The notes under the pieces are model-generated. The model saw only the letters and a program-made list of their open reading frames with translations. It made no database searches and had not been told where the DNA came from. This document shows, piece after piece, positions 44,976 through 55,428 of a DNA stretch of 58,567 nucleotides. The first letter of the stretch is position 1, and the number at the start of each line of letters is the position of its first letter. Both the position numbers and the translations under genes were made by a program. Source of the DNA: a virus (taxonomy: Duplodnaviria > Caudoviricetes); the IMG/VR virus record IMGVR_UViG_3300030331_003634, positions 1 through 58,567 of that record; one strand, written 5' to 3'.

Positions 44976-47043
44976 TACTATATATCTAATAGAGGGCAGT
45001 GAAGGAGAGGTATTAGAGTTTGAAAACTTAAATATAATTTTACCTAAAAAACCTAGATATAAAAAAGATATACTATATCACAACCTACCTAAAAAACAAC
45101 AAAGATGGGTTAGGCAGGATATACCAAAGGGGTTGACAAGAGAGAACGCTACAGATTATGTAGACTATATAGAGGAGGAGTTTAGAAGAAGAAGGGATGG
45201 TTTATGGTTTTACAACAATGGTGTTCCTACTTATATTACTGGATCGCATTATATGTTTATTCAGTGGAGTAAAATAGATGTTGGTTATCCTGATTACAGG
45301 GACGCTAACAGAACGTTCTTTATTTTTTGGGAAGCGTGTAAAAACGATAAGAACTCATACGGTATGTGTTTTCTTAAAAACAGACGTAGTGGTTTTTCTT
45401 ATATGGCTAGTAGTGAGATAGTTAATCAAGCTACTCAAGTTTACGATAGTAATTTTGGTTTACTTTCTAAAACTGGTGCTGATGCTAAAACTATGTTTAC
45501 AGATAAGGTAGTTCGTATATACAGAAACTATCCATTCTTTTTTCAACCTATACAGGATGGTTCTAGTAATCCTCGTGTTGAGCTTGCTTTTAGAGAGCCT
45601 GCAAAAAAGATTACTAAAAACCAAAAGCATATAGAAAAGTCTGAAGCTTTAAATTCTATAATAGATTGGAAAAATACTGCTGATAATAGTTACGATGGTA
45701 TGAAGCTTAAACTTTTAGTACATGATGAAGCTGGTAAGTGGACAGGTCAAAACTCTATAAAGAAAAACTGGAGTGTAACTCAAACGTGTCTTTTATTAGG
45801 TAGAAAAGTGGTTGGTAAATGTATGATGGGTTCTACTGCTAATAAACAACAAGATGGTGGTGCAGAGTTTAAAGATATATTCTATGACTCAGATATGGGA
45901 GAAAAAGATCTTAACGGTAGAACAAAGAGTGGCTTGTACAAATTATTTATACCTGCTTATGATAACCTTGAAGGTTTTATAGATGAGTATGGATATAGTG
46001 TTATAGACACTCCTGATAAGCCAGTTATGGGTATTGACGATATGTATATTGATACTGGTGCTAGAGATTATATACAAAATAGAAGAGATGTTTTAAAAAA
46101 TGATACTACTGCTTTATCTGAATTTAAAAGACAGTTTCCATTTACTGTAGAGGAAGCATTTAGAAATGACACACAAAGTTGTATATTTGATGTCGAAAGG
46201 ATTTATCAGCAGATGGATTATAACGAAGTTAATAATACTCCTACAACAAGAGGAGAGTTTGTTTGGAAAAATGGCGTACAAGACAGCGAAGTTATATGGA
46301 TACCTCACAGAAAAGGTAAATGGGAGATTACTTGGGTTCCAGAGATTCAAAACCAAAATGTTATTACATCTAGGTATAACAAGAAGTTCCCTGGTAAATC
46401 AGATGCTTTGGTTGCAGGATGTGACCCTTATGATCATGATACCACTACGGATGGTAGAAGGTCTGATGCTGCTGCTCATGTATTCCATAAGTTTAGCATG
46501 GCAAGTGATGCGTCTATGCAGTTTGTGTGTGAGTACATTAATAGACCTCCTAAAGCGGAGATATTTTACGAAGACATGATTAAGATGTGTGTGTTTTATG
46601 GATGTCAAATATTAGTAGAGAATAATAAAGTAGGAATACTAAAGTATTTTGAAAACAGAGGATACTATGAGTATTTAATGGATAGACCAGATATGACTCA
46701 CACAGAGTGGAGTAGAGGAAAGCAAAAGACAAAAGGAATACCTGGATCAGGTGCTGCAGTAATAAATGCTCAAGCAGAGGCTATAGCAACATATATATAT
46801 GACCACGTTGGTTATAATGCAGACACAGGAGAGATTGGAAGATGTTTTTTTAACACGCTTTTAGATGATTGGAGTAGATTTGAAATAGATAATAGAACAA
46901 AGTACGATGCTAGTATATCGTCATCATTGGCTTTACTAGCGTCACAGAAATATATAAAACCTAAAAAAGAAATAAAAAAAGCACACCCTATAGTAAAAAA
47001 ATATAATGTTAAGGGGATGTATAGTAAAAGAATTAAGGCATGA
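44962..47043 (+). CDS. terL: Terminase large subunit
   Basis: LKNRRSGFS Walker A-like, LLVHDEAGK Walker B, GST coupling motif, AGCDPYD nuclease, ENNK, terminal YDA. Confidence 0.92.
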   Translation: MQKSDTIYLIEGSEGEVLEFENLNIILPKKPRYKKDILYHNLPKKQQRWVRQDIPKGLTRENATDYVDYIEEEFRRRRDGLWFYNNGVPTYITGSHYMFIQWSKIDVGYPDYRDANRTFFIFWEACKNDKNSYGMCFLKNRRSGFSYMASSEIVNQATQVYDSNFGLLSKTGADAKTMFTDKVVRIYRNYPFFFQPIQDGSSNPRVELAFREPAKKITKNQKHIEKSEALNSIIDWKNTADNSYDGMKLKLLVHDEAGKWTGQNSIKKNWSVTQTCLLLGRKVVGKCMMGSTANKQQDGGAEFKDIFYDSDMGEKDLNGRTKSGLYKLFIPAYDNLEGFIDEYGYSVIDTPDKPVMGIDDMYIDTGARDYIQNRRDVLKNDTTALSEFKRQFPFTVEEAFRNDTQSCIFDVERIYQQMDYNEVNNTPTTRGEFVWKNGVQDSEVIWIPHRKGKWEITWVPEIQNQNVITSRYNKKFPGKSDALVAGCDPYDHDTTTDGRRSDAAAHVFHKFSMASDASMQFVCEYINRPPKAEIFYEDMIKMCVFYGCQILVENNKVGILKYFENRGYYEYLMDRPDMTHTEWSRGKQKTKGIPGSGAAVINAQAEAIATYIYDHVGYNADTGEIGRCFFNTLLDDWSRFEIDNRTKYDASISSSLALLASQKYIKPKKEIKKAHPIVKKYNVKGMYSKRIKA

Positions 47044-49439
47044 TGTATAATAATACAAAAGATAAGTTAAATGGCTATCCTTCTCCGTTAGCTACGAATG
47101 AAGAGAAAGCTGACATTAAGTATGGTCTTGATTACTTTAAGGCTATGTATTATGATCATAGTAAAAATTCAGATGTCTACCATAGAGATAGAAAGATAAG
47201 GTATTCTAGAAATAGAGCATACGCTGAGGGTAGTCAAGACATAGGAAAGTATAAAGACCTATTAGATGTACAAGGTGATACTGCTTATCTTAATATAGAT
47301 TTTACTCCAGTATCAATAATACCAAAGTTTGTTGACGTTATAGTTAATGGTATGGTTAATCAGGAGTACGATATAAAAGCCAAATCTATAGACCCTATAG
47401 CTGCAGAAGAAAGATTAAATAAAAAGAAGCAGATGTATGCTGACATGATTACCAAAGACTTTGTAGAAGGTCTAGAAGATCAAACTGGTATACCTCTTGC
47501 TCCTAAAGGTTTTGTTGCTAAAAGCTCTGAAGAGATAGATATGTTTATGGCTATAAACTACAAGCAAAATGTAGAGATAGCATTAGAAAAAGCAATAGAA
47601 TATACTTTAGATATAAACGATTACGATGAAGTTAAAAGATTAATGATTCGTGATTTAGTTGTTTTAGGTTTATGCTCTTCTAAAATTGAGCTATCTCCTT
47701 CTAGAGGTGTTACAATTAGACACGTAGATCCTGCTAATCTTATTACTTCATATTCATCAAAGCCTGACTTTAAAAACGTTAGACATGCGGGTGAGATTTA
47801 CTCAATGACTATAGCTGATCTTAAACAGCAAGCTGGAGATCAGTTTAGTGAAGATGATTATCAGAAGATAGCTAAAGAGTATGCAGGTAAGAATAACAAC
47901 CCTATGACTTATGGTGATAGAGCTTACTATGACAATGGTAACGAAACTTATGATTATGATAAGTTTAGTGTTAATGTTTTAGATGCTGAGTTTATTACAA
48001 GTCACTCTTTAAATTACGAGAAGAAAGAAAATAAGTTTGGTGGTTTTTCTGTAAATAAAAAAGCATCTAACTATAAGGCTCCTAAAAACTCAAAAACTAA
48101 AAGAGAGAACATAGGATCTACAGTAAAGGTAGTTTATACTGGTAAGTATATAATAAATACAGATTATATATTTAATTATGGTATGATGGAAAACATGCCT
48201 AGATCTAAATCTAATTTATCAGAAACTAATTTATCATATATTATATATCAACCTAATCTTTATAAGATGAAGAGTAAGTCTTTGGTTGATAGAATGATTC
48301 CTTTTGCTGATCAGATACAATTAGCTCACCTTAAAATACAACATGTTCTTGCTAAGGCTAGACCTAAGGGTGCAGCCTTTGAGATAGGTTCTTTAGAGAA
48401 CGTATCAAAAGGTGATGGTGGTACATTTACTCCTTTAGAGCTTCAAGAAATATACGATCAAACTGGTAATATATACTATAGACGTATAGATGATGAGGGT
48501 AACATGACAGGTGCAGTACCTATTGCTGAGTTAGAAAATGGTATAGGTAGAGATTTTGGAACTTTAATAAATGTTTATAATCATAATCTACAGATGATTC
48601 GTGATGTGACTGGTATTAATGAAGCACGTGATGCTTCTCAGCCATCTAGCGAAGCACTTGTAGGTGTTCAGAAGTTAGCTTTACTAGCATCTAACAACGC
48701 TACAAGAGATATAAATGACGCTTACCTAAATGTTACAAAAAGAACTTCTCAGTGTATATCTATGAGAATGCAAGATCTTTTAAATTATAAGGGTCTACAT
48801 AATATGTATAGTAATGTCATAGGTGACACTGCAATGCACAGCATAGATATGATGAAGAAGATGTCTATACATGAGTTTGGTATAACTCTAGAGGTTGCAC
48901 CTAGTGAAGAGGAAAGACAAATGATGGAGCAAAACATTCAAGTTTCTTTAGCTCAAAAAGAACTTAGACTTGAAGATGCTATAATGATACGTTCTATTAG
49001 AAATATTAAGATGGCTAATCAGATGCTTGTTCTTCGTAGAACTAAATATCAAGAAGAACAGCAAGCTCAAGCAAGACAAGCTTCAGAGCAAAATGCTATG
49101 ATGCAACAACAGTCATCACAGCAGGCTGCACAGTTAAGACAGCAAGAGATGCAGGCTGAAGTTCAAATGGAGCAAGCACGTATTCAAGCTAAGAATCAGG
49201 CAGAGATGCAGTTAAAGCAATTAGAGTTTCAACTAAAAGAACAGTTTGAGCAAGCTCAACATCAACGAAGGTTGAGGGAAATAGAGTTAGGTAATTTAGG
49301 TAAAGAAGGTACTGCTTCCATACAGGGAGAGGTTCGTAAAGATATTCAACAACAGTCTGCTATGAATCAATCTCAACTTATAGAACAGAGAAAAGATCGT
49401 AGAGGCCCTTTAGGTGAAGAGCAAAACATATCTCAATAG
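47040..49439 (+). CDS. Portal protein
   Basis: Follows TerL; IIPKFVDVIVNG, IRDVTGINEARD, Gln-rich C-terminal coiled-coil barrel. Confidence 0.88.
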   Translation: MMYNNTKDKLNGYPSPLATNEEKADIKYGLDYFKAMYYDHSKNSDVYHRDRKIRYSRNRAYAEGSQDIGKYKDLLDVQGDTAYLNIDFTPVSIIPKFVDVIVNGMVNQEYDIKAKSIDPIAAEERLNKKKQMYADMITKDFVEGLEDQTGIPLAPKGFVAKSSEEIDMFMAINYKQNVEIALEKAIEYTLDINDYDEVKRLMIRDLVVLGLCSSKIELSPSRGVTIRHVDPANLITSYSSKPDFKNVRHAGEIYSMTIADLKQQAGDQFSEDDYQKIAKEYAGKNNNPMTYGDRAYYDNGNETYDYDKFSVNVLDAEFITSHSLNYEKKENKFGGFSVNKKASNYKAPKNSKTKRENIGSTVKVVYTGKYIINTDYIFNYGMMENMPRSKSNLSETNLSYIIYQPNLYKMKSKSLVDRMIPFADQIQLAHLKIQHVLAKARPKGAAFEIGSLENVSKGDGGTFTPLELQEIYDQTGNIYYRRIDDEGNMTGAVPIAELENGIGRDFGTLINVYNHNLQMIRDVTGINEARDASQPSSEALVGVQKLALLASNNATRDINDAYLNVTKRTSQCISMRMQDLLNYKGLHNMYSNVIGDTAMHSIDMMKKMSIHEFGITLEVAPSEEERQMMEQNIQVSLAQKELRLEDAIMIRSIRNIKMANQMLVLRRTKYQEEQQAQARQASEQNAMMQQQSSQQAAQLRQQEMQAEVQMEQARIQAKNQAEMQLKQLEFQLKEQFEQAQHQRRLREIELGNLGKEGTASIQGEVRKDIQQQSAMNQSQLIEQRKDRRGPLGEEQNISQ

Positions 49440-49470
49440 TTTGATATTAATATAAAAAAAATTATATTTG
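49440..49470 (+). promoter_or_regulatory. Full Bacteroidota promoter (-33 TTTG / -7 TAnnTTTG)
   Basis: tttg 49440-49443, 19-nt spacer, tatatttg 49463-49470. Confidence 0.75.
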
Positions 49471-49499
49471 CGAAAATAAAATAAATTAAATTTAAGACA

Positions 49500-50573
49500 A
49501 TGGATATAAGAGAAGACTTATTAAGTAAACTTGGTGGAGAGGTTGTTCAACCACAAAACCAACAAAATATTGTAGACTTGACTGGTGATGAAAACCAACC
49601 AGCTGAGTCTCAACCTACAACGCAGGAACCTTCCAACGTTGTAGATTTAACACAAGAGAGTTCTTTAAATACTGAGGAGACTAACGTTGATGAATCTGAA
49701 GTTAGTCAACAGCAAGAGGGTGAGGAAATCAGTGATGACGAAGTTGTCTTACAATACCTTAGCGAAAAGCTTGGGCGAGACCTAACATCATTTGATGATC
49801 TTAACACAACAAGTGAACAAACAGACTATGAAGACTTTGCTAGCGATCAGCTTCGAGTTATCAATGAGTATGTTAAAAACACTGGTCGTACAGTTCAAGA
49901 TTACCTAAACACTCAAACTGTTGATTTATCCAACGTGTCTGATGATGCAGTCTTAAAGGAGTATCTAAGATTAGATAATCCTAATTTAACTGAAGCTGAG
50001 TTAAATGATTACATGGCTACAACATACAAGATGGACAAAGAGGAGTATAACGAGAGACAAATGAACGCTGGTAAGGTCCAGCTCATGAAGGACGCTAAAG
50101 CTGCTAGAGACTACTTTAACGAGGTCAAAGAAGAGTATGCTATGCCTACAGAGTCAGAAGATTTTTCTGTATCCCAAGAGGATAGAGAAGAATGGATCGG
50201 CACTATGAGTGCTGAGGTTGATGACTTGGATGGTATATCATTCGCTATGAACGATCAGGGTGAAGAGTTTGTTTATCAACTTGATGATGACGCAAGGAAT
50301 GAAATCAAGGGGTACAACTCAGACCTAGAAAGCTTCTTTGATCAGTATGTAGACGAAGGTGGTAACTGGGACTTTGACAAGCTCAATACAGATATGTATA
50401 TCTTGAACAATATAGATAAGATTGTTCGAGGTGTCGCTAATCAGTACAGAAGCAAAGGAACAGAAAGCGTAATTAATGAGATTAAGAACCCATCATTTGC
50501 ACAAGACAAGCAAGATGCACCTCAGAAGCAACAGACAACTCTTGAGATGTTAAGAAAACAAATTTTAGGTTAA
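49500..50573 (+). CDS. Putative capsid scaffolding protein
   Basis: Very acidic, disordered N-terminus, helical; between portal and capsid genes. Confidence 0.7.
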   Translation: MDIREDLLSKLGGEVVQPQNQQNIVDLTGDENQPAESQPTTQEPSNVVDLTQESSLNTEETNVDESEVSQQQEGEEISDDEVVLQYLSEKLGRDLTSFDDLNTTSEQTDYEDFASDQLRVINEYVKNTGRTVQDYLNTQTVDLSNVSDDAVLKEYLRLDNPNLTEAELNDYMATTYKMDKEEYNERQMNAGKVQLMKDAKAARDYFNEVKEEYAMPTESEDFSVSQEDREEWIGTMSAEVDDLDGISFAMNDQGEEFVYQLDDDARNEIKGYNSDLESFFDQYVDEGGNWDFDKLNTDMYILNNIDKIVRGVANQYRSKGTESVINEIKNPSFAQDKQDAPQKQQTTLEMLRKQILG

Positions 50574-50611
50574 AAAAGAAAATTAATTACTTTATTTAAA
50601 ATTATAAAAAA

Positions 50612-52003
50612 ATGGCAACAGTAAGTTTAGCCTCAGGAATGGTGCCAACACCTTCTAATGTGGCAGTTGCAACTACATCAAACTATGTAGGTACATCAAC
50701 GTTAATTAACGCTGACCGTACAGATGGTATTCCATTACATAAACGTGATGTAGATGAGCAACTAATTAAGCGATACGGTAATCAAGGGATTACTGGATTA
50801 ATGGAATTGTTGGGTAATAAAAAAGAAACAACAAACCAAACTTTTGAACACTATGAAGAAACTTTCCTTCACAATCACTTTACAGGTGTTATTGGCGGTG
50901 GTTCAGGTGTTGTTAATATAGATGACACTTTTGATGACTTAGCTAATGGTAATGGTAGAGTTGCATTAAGAGTAGGAGATTTAGTTTTAGGTGGATCAGG
51001 TTCTATGTACTATGTTTCTGCTGGATCTGGAGATGACTATACTTTAAAAAATCTTTCAGATAATAATACAGCTAGTAATGATGCAGACACAAAGTTTACT
51101 ATTATTGGTAATGCTTATGCTGAAAGAACAGAGCAGCCAGTTGGTATTACACCTCGTGTAGATCAATACCAAAACAAGTGTCAAATTATTAAAGAATCAT
51201 TTACTGTTTCAGGATCTGAAGCTACGAATGTTATTTATGTAAAAGTAAGCAACCAAGAATTTGGTACTGGTTACTTATGGTACTTACAAGGTGAGGCTGA
51301 TACTTACCAAAGATTTATGGACTACTCTGAGCTTGCAATGATTGTGGGTGATGCTGGTGGTGGATCTTTAACTGACGCTTCATCTAACTCTGTTGTAACT
51401 ACAGAAGGTTTATTAAAGTTTATCGAGAACAAAGGTCAAACTATGGATCTTGGTTCTTCAGCAATTACAATGGCTGACTTTGATGCTGCTGTAAAATCTT
51501 TAGATAAACACAGAGGTGCTAAAGAAATGGCTCTTTACGCTGGTATTAACTTATCTTTAGATATTGACGACTTATTAGCTTCACAAGGAGCTTATGCTGC
51601 TGGTGGTGCTAACTATGGTACTTTTGCTAACAGCAAAGACATGGCGTTGAATTTAGGCTTTAATTCTTTCCATCGTGGTGGTTACACTTTCCACAAGAAA
51701 ACTTATGACCTATTTAACCGTCCTGACTTATTAGGTGGTGATGGATTTAAATTCAATGGTTTCGGTATGTGTATCCCTATGGATAATCAAAGAGATCCAC
51801 GATCAGGAGAAAGCATTCCTTCTTTACGTATGCGATACAAAGCTGCGAATGGTTACTCTCGTGAGATGGAGCACTGGTTAACTGGATCTGCGGTTCTACA
51901 AAACAGAACTAACGAGAAAGACGAGTTGCGATCTCACTACCGTACTGAACGTGGTTTTGAAGGATTTGCTCCTAACCGTTTCTTATTGTTCAAAAAATCA
52001 TAA
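50612..52003 (+). CDS. Major capsid protein
   Basis: 463 aa after the scaffold; RYGNQ, N..QIIKE, TEGL..FIE, NLGFNSFHRG.YTFHK; biased codons; terminator two genes later. Confidence 0.85.
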   Translation: MATVSLASGMVPTPSNVAVATTSNYVGTSTLINADRTDGIPLHKRDVDEQLIKRYGNQGITGLMELLGNKKETTNQTFEHYEETFLHNHFTGVIGGGSGVVNIDDTFDDLANGNGRVALRVGDLVLGGSGSMYYVSAGSGDDYTLKNLSDNNTASNDADTKFTIIGNAYAERTEQPVGITPRVDQYQNKCQIIKESFTVSGSEATNVIYVKVSNQEFGTGYLWYLQGEADTYQRFMDYSELAMIVGDAGGGSLTDASSNSVVTTEGLLKFIENKGQTMDLGSSAITMADFDAAVKSLDKHRGAKEMALYAGINLSLDIDDLLASQGAYAAGGANYGTFANSKDMALNLGFNSFHRGGYTFHKKTYDLFNRPDLLGGDGFKFNGFGMCIPMDNQRDPRSGESIPSLRMRYKAANGYSREMEHWLTGSAVLQNRTNEKDELRSHYRTERGFEGFAPNRFLLFKKS

Positions 52004-52029
52004 TTATTAATATATAAAGACATAAGAAA

Positions 52030-52416
52030 ATGGAGAAATATTTTTATTTTAGAAAAGATGCTACTACAGCTAATGATGATGATCAAGTAAATGGATCTAA
52101 CTTAGTTAAGGTATCAGATCTTATTAGTATGGAAGCCACAGGAAACACTAGTTTAGTTTTAAGATTCCATCCTCGTATGAACGCTTTTGCTGCTGGTGGT
52201 AATGCTGCTGCTGATGCTGATAATCTTACGGATACTTTAACATTGACTGTTGGTACTAATGCACAGAGAACTGTTATTGAAACTATTTGTGCTGCTATTG
52301 CTAAACCAATGATTGCAGGTGCACCAAACTTAATTGTTTTGTTTGATGCAAATTCAAAAGATGGATTAGATGGTATTACAGATGTTGTTACTGCTGTAGC
52401 TGCTGCTCAAGCTTAA
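52030..52416 (+). CDS. Putative capsid-associated structural protein
   Basis: Co-transcribed with the capsid gene up to the terminator. Confidence 0.55.
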   Translation: MEKYFYFRKDATTANDDDQVNGSNLVKVSDLISMEATGNTSLVLRFHPRMNAFAAGGNAAADADNLTDTLTLTVGTNAQRTVIETICAAIAKPMIAGAPNLIVLFDANSKDGLDGITDVVTAVAAAQA

Positions 52417-52443
52417 TAGCTAACAACTATTAATTATATTACT

Positions 52444-52468
52444 GGAAGGGGCTTGTCCCCTTCCTTTT
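52444..52468 (+). terminator. Intrinsic terminator
   Basis: ggaagggg-cttgt-ccccttcc-tttt. Confidence 0.85.
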
Positions 52469-52503
52469 ATAAAACTTTAAGTTAATTTTAGAAAATAATT
52501 ATT

Positions 52504-53382
52504 ATGACACCAACAAAAACACGTAAGGCTGTTACGCCTCCTACGTCCACTAAGGTCGAAGCTAAAGCTCCCGTAGTAGAAAAAAAATTCACTCCTCAAT
52601 TTACTAATAGAAAACAAGAGTTTAAACCTACTGTTTACGAATTAATATCAAAAGCAAAAAGAAAAAATGGTATGCCACAGTATCCTATAGTTTCTTTATT
52701 GAAGGCTGAAGATATTATTTTTGACCCTACAACTGGTGAGAATAGAAAAATTAGATATGTTCCTGGTGAGACATCTATATTTGCTGATGAACAGCCAGAA
52801 ACTGCTAGAATGAGAGAGCCTATTGCTTTTAATAATGGTTATCTTTTTGTAGATCATACTAATCCTACTCTTAAAAAATATTTAGATACTTGCAACGCTA
52901 ATGGTAGCAATCCACATAGAATAAAGTCTAAAAATATCATGTTTAAAATAAGGGATAATGAAAAATCTGCTAAAGATAAAATATCAAAGGTTAATGATAC
53001 CATGGATGCTGTTCAAGCTGCCCTTAAAATGCCTTTAAATGAGCTTGTAGGATATGCTAAGGTTCTAGGTGTAAACACTGATAAGAGTGTTGATGAAATT
53101 CGTTGGGATATGAAAATACAAGCAGAGAATAATCCTAAAGGTTTCTTAGCTGGTATGAATGATCCTAGAACAGAAATGAAGCAATTATTATTAATGGCTC
53201 AAGAGTCAGGAATAATAAGAATGGATAAAAAAGCTATTACTTGGGTATCTTCAGGAAATACAATTTGTGTTCCTGCTATAGGAACTAAACCTATTGACAG
53301 AATGGTAGACTTTTGTTCTGAAGGTGAGGGAGAACAGATATATGCTGAGATAGAACGTAGGCTACAAGCCCTTAATGGATAA
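52504..53382 (+). CDS. Conserved phage protein downstream of capsid
   Basis: RKIRY..GETSIFADEQ..IAFNNGYL. Confidence 0.65.
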   Translation: MTPTKTRKAVTPPTSTKVEAKAPVVEKKFTPQFTNRKQEFKPTVYELISKAKRKNGMPQYPIVSLLKAEDIIFDPTTGENRKIRYVPGETSIFADEQPETARMREPIAFNNGYLFVDHTNPTLKKYLDTCNANGSNPHRIKSKNIMFKIRDNEKSAKDKISKVNDTMDAVQAALKMPLNELVGYAKVLGVNTDKSVDEIRWDMKIQAENNPKGFLAGMNDPRTEMKQLLLMAQESGIIRMDKKAITWVSSGNTICVPAIGTKPIDRMVDFCSEGEGEQIYAEIERRLQALNG

Positions 53383-53404
53383 TACATTAAGACTATATAT
53401 ATAG

Positions 53405-53433
53405 AAGGGGGACTTAACGGTCTCCCTTTTTTT
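53405..53433 (+). terminator. Intrinsic terminator
   Basis: aagggggac-ttaacg-gtctccctt followed by a T run. Confidence 0.8.
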
Positions 53434-53460
53434 GATATACGGATTTATTTCGTACTTTTG
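53431..53460 (+). promoter_or_regulatory. Bacteroidota promoter for the tail operon
   Basis: tttg 53431-53434 and tacttttg 53453-53460. Confidence 0.6.
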
Positions 53461-53482
53461 CTAGGGAATAAAATACACAATA

Positions 53483-54208
53483 ATGACGATTGATGAAGTA
53501 TATAAGCTAGTTCAGGTGTTTGCAAATAAGGAGCAGAGAGGGTTTATAAGTCCGTCTGACTTCAACCTTTTAGCAAAGCAAGCTGAACTTGAGCTATACA
53601 ATAAACGACTTTCTATAATAAAGCAAAAATCACCTACAAGAAAATCTCAAGGATTATACGCAGAAAATTTAGCTCCAGAGCTGGCAAGACAAGATATAGC
53701 TACTTTTTTAACTAGATCTGATATGAATGTAACTACTAAGACAATTCCATATTTAGGTGTAACTGTAGCTGTAACTTCTGATTATGTAGAATCTATGTTT
53801 ATTAATGTAGATGAGCATCATGACATCTCAACTAATATTCCTGTAGATATTGTAGAGCCAAAAGATATAAATCAAATACTCAGAAGTAGTTTAGTGAAAC
53901 CATCCATGGAGTATCCTATAGCTTTACTTGGATCAGAAGGTGGGACGTCAAAAGTATTTAGTGTGTTTCCTGATACTATAACTAAAGTTATAGCTTACCA
54001 TTACATAAACACTAACACTCCAAAATGGAGTTACGTTACTGTAGCGGGTAAGCCTGTTCATGATTCTTCGTCATCAAATGGATTTAAAATATCTAACAGA
54101 TGTCATGGAGAGATTGTAGTAAAGATATTAGAATATTTAGGAGTTTCAATTAGAGAGGCTGATGTTGTTCAGTACGCACAGGCTAGTGAGATAAAAGCAG
54201 ATAGTTAA
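53483..54208 (+). CDS. Tail ring / head-tail adaptor protein
   Basis: IDEVYK.V...ANKEQRGFISPSDFNL.AKQAELE...PKWSY...ILEYLGVSIREADVVQ. Confidence 0.7.
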   Translation: MTIDEVYKLVQVFANKEQRGFISPSDFNLLAKQAELELYNKRLSIIKQKSPTRKSQGLYAENLAPELARQDIATFLTRSDMNVTTKTIPYLGVTVAVTSDYVESMFINVDEHHDISTNIPVDIVEPKDINQILRSSLVKPSMEYPIALLGSEGGTSKVFSVFPDTITKVIAYHYINTNTPKWSYVTVAGKPVHDSSSSNGFKISNRCHGEIVVKILEYLGVSIREADVVQYAQASEIKADS

Positions 54209-54210
54209 TT

Positions 54211-55422
54211 ATGGCAATAGATTACACAAGTATAGACGAGGTCGTAAATGACTTTCAGTTAATGATGGATGACACGTCTTATGATAAAGACGCAGAAATT
54301 TATCAATTAAGATTATTAGCACTTCAAGGGTTAAGAGAGCTTAAGTTTGATGCAGAACAGGAGGTTAAAATAGATGAATTATTTGTAAACTCTAGCACTC
54401 TTCAATGTACTTTACCTAGTGATTTTGTTAAACTATTAAGGGTTGGGTATAAAAACAGTGCTGATGAGTTTGTATCTTTGGGTTATAAGTCTAATTTATC
54501 TTTAGATGCTCGTGTAACATCTCAAATAAGTGAAGACCCTTATGATGAGAACAATCCTTATTTTCACACTGACATGGGTAGAAAATATGGTGTAGGTGGT
54601 GGACAAAACGCTTTAGGATATTATAGATTAAATAGAAATCTTAATAGTATATCTTTTTCCTCAGAACTTGCTGGTAAAACAGTATTTGTAGAGTACATTT
54701 CTGATGGTATAGGCTCTACTCAACCAAGAGATCATGTTATTGAGCTTACATTTAACAAGTCCTCACTTACTGCCTCTGGTGCAATTGTTTCTGGAGCTAT
54801 ATTAAAAACACCAAAACCTGATGGTACTGGTGTTCATGAATTTACTTTTACAACTGGTTCTCCGTCAAGCTCTAGTCTTATTCAAATTGGTCCGAATGAT
54901 TCTAGTCCTATTGTAGCAGAAAAATTTTCTACTGTCATAAATGAAGGTTATCCTAATTTAGGTATATCACCTGTAGACACTAGAATAACAGCATCTCAAA
55001 ATACAAGCTCAAACATAGTTACTTTAACGTATAAAAATATAATTGTAAATCCTCTTTCTCTTGAAAATTTAACTTTTGCAATTAATACAGATCAAGATGT
55101 AGTAGTATCTGATGAAGTAACTATTACAGGTGTCAAAGTATTAGCTGATTCAGGTGGAGTTCCTATAGAAGCTAAATTAATTCAAAAAGGTGTTATAGGG
55201 GAGGGTCCTAGAGTTCACAAATTTTGTGAGGAGGCTCTTCGTTGCTACATATATTACAAATACATTCAAAGAAAACGTGGCGTTCCTGCTAACGAAAAAC
55301 AAATGGCTAAGAGAGCATATTACAACGAGAAAAGATTAGCTAGAGCTAGAATGATGAACTTTAATAAAGAGGCTGCTATGCAGATTTCTAGAAAAGCATT
55401 TAAGCAATCTCCTAAGATATAA
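54211..55422 (+). CDS. Tail ring / tubular protein with internal insertion
   Basis: GLRELKFD, LPSDFVK, EYISDG...VHKFCEEAL..YI, RLARARM. Confidence 0.7.
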   Translation: MAIDYTSIDEVVNDFQLMMDDTSYDKDAEIYQLRLLALQGLRELKFDAEQEVKIDELFVNSSTLQCTLPSDFVKLLRVGYKNSADEFVSLGYKSNLSLDARVTSQISEDPYDENNPYFHTDMGRKYGVGGGQNALGYYRLNRNLNSISFSSELAGKTVFVEYISDGIGSTQPRDHVIELTFNKSSLTASGAIVSGAILKTPKPDGTGVHEFTFTTGSPSSSSLIQIGPNDSSPIVAEKFSTVINEGYPNLGISPVDTRITASQNTSSNIVTLTYKNIIVNPLSLENLTFAINTDQDVVVSDEVTITGVKVLADSGGVPIEAKLIQKGVIGEGPRVHKFCEEALRCYIYYKYIQRKRGVPANEKQMAKRAYYNEKRLARARMMNFNKEAAMQISRKAFKQSPKI

Positions 55423-55428
55423 TTTACA

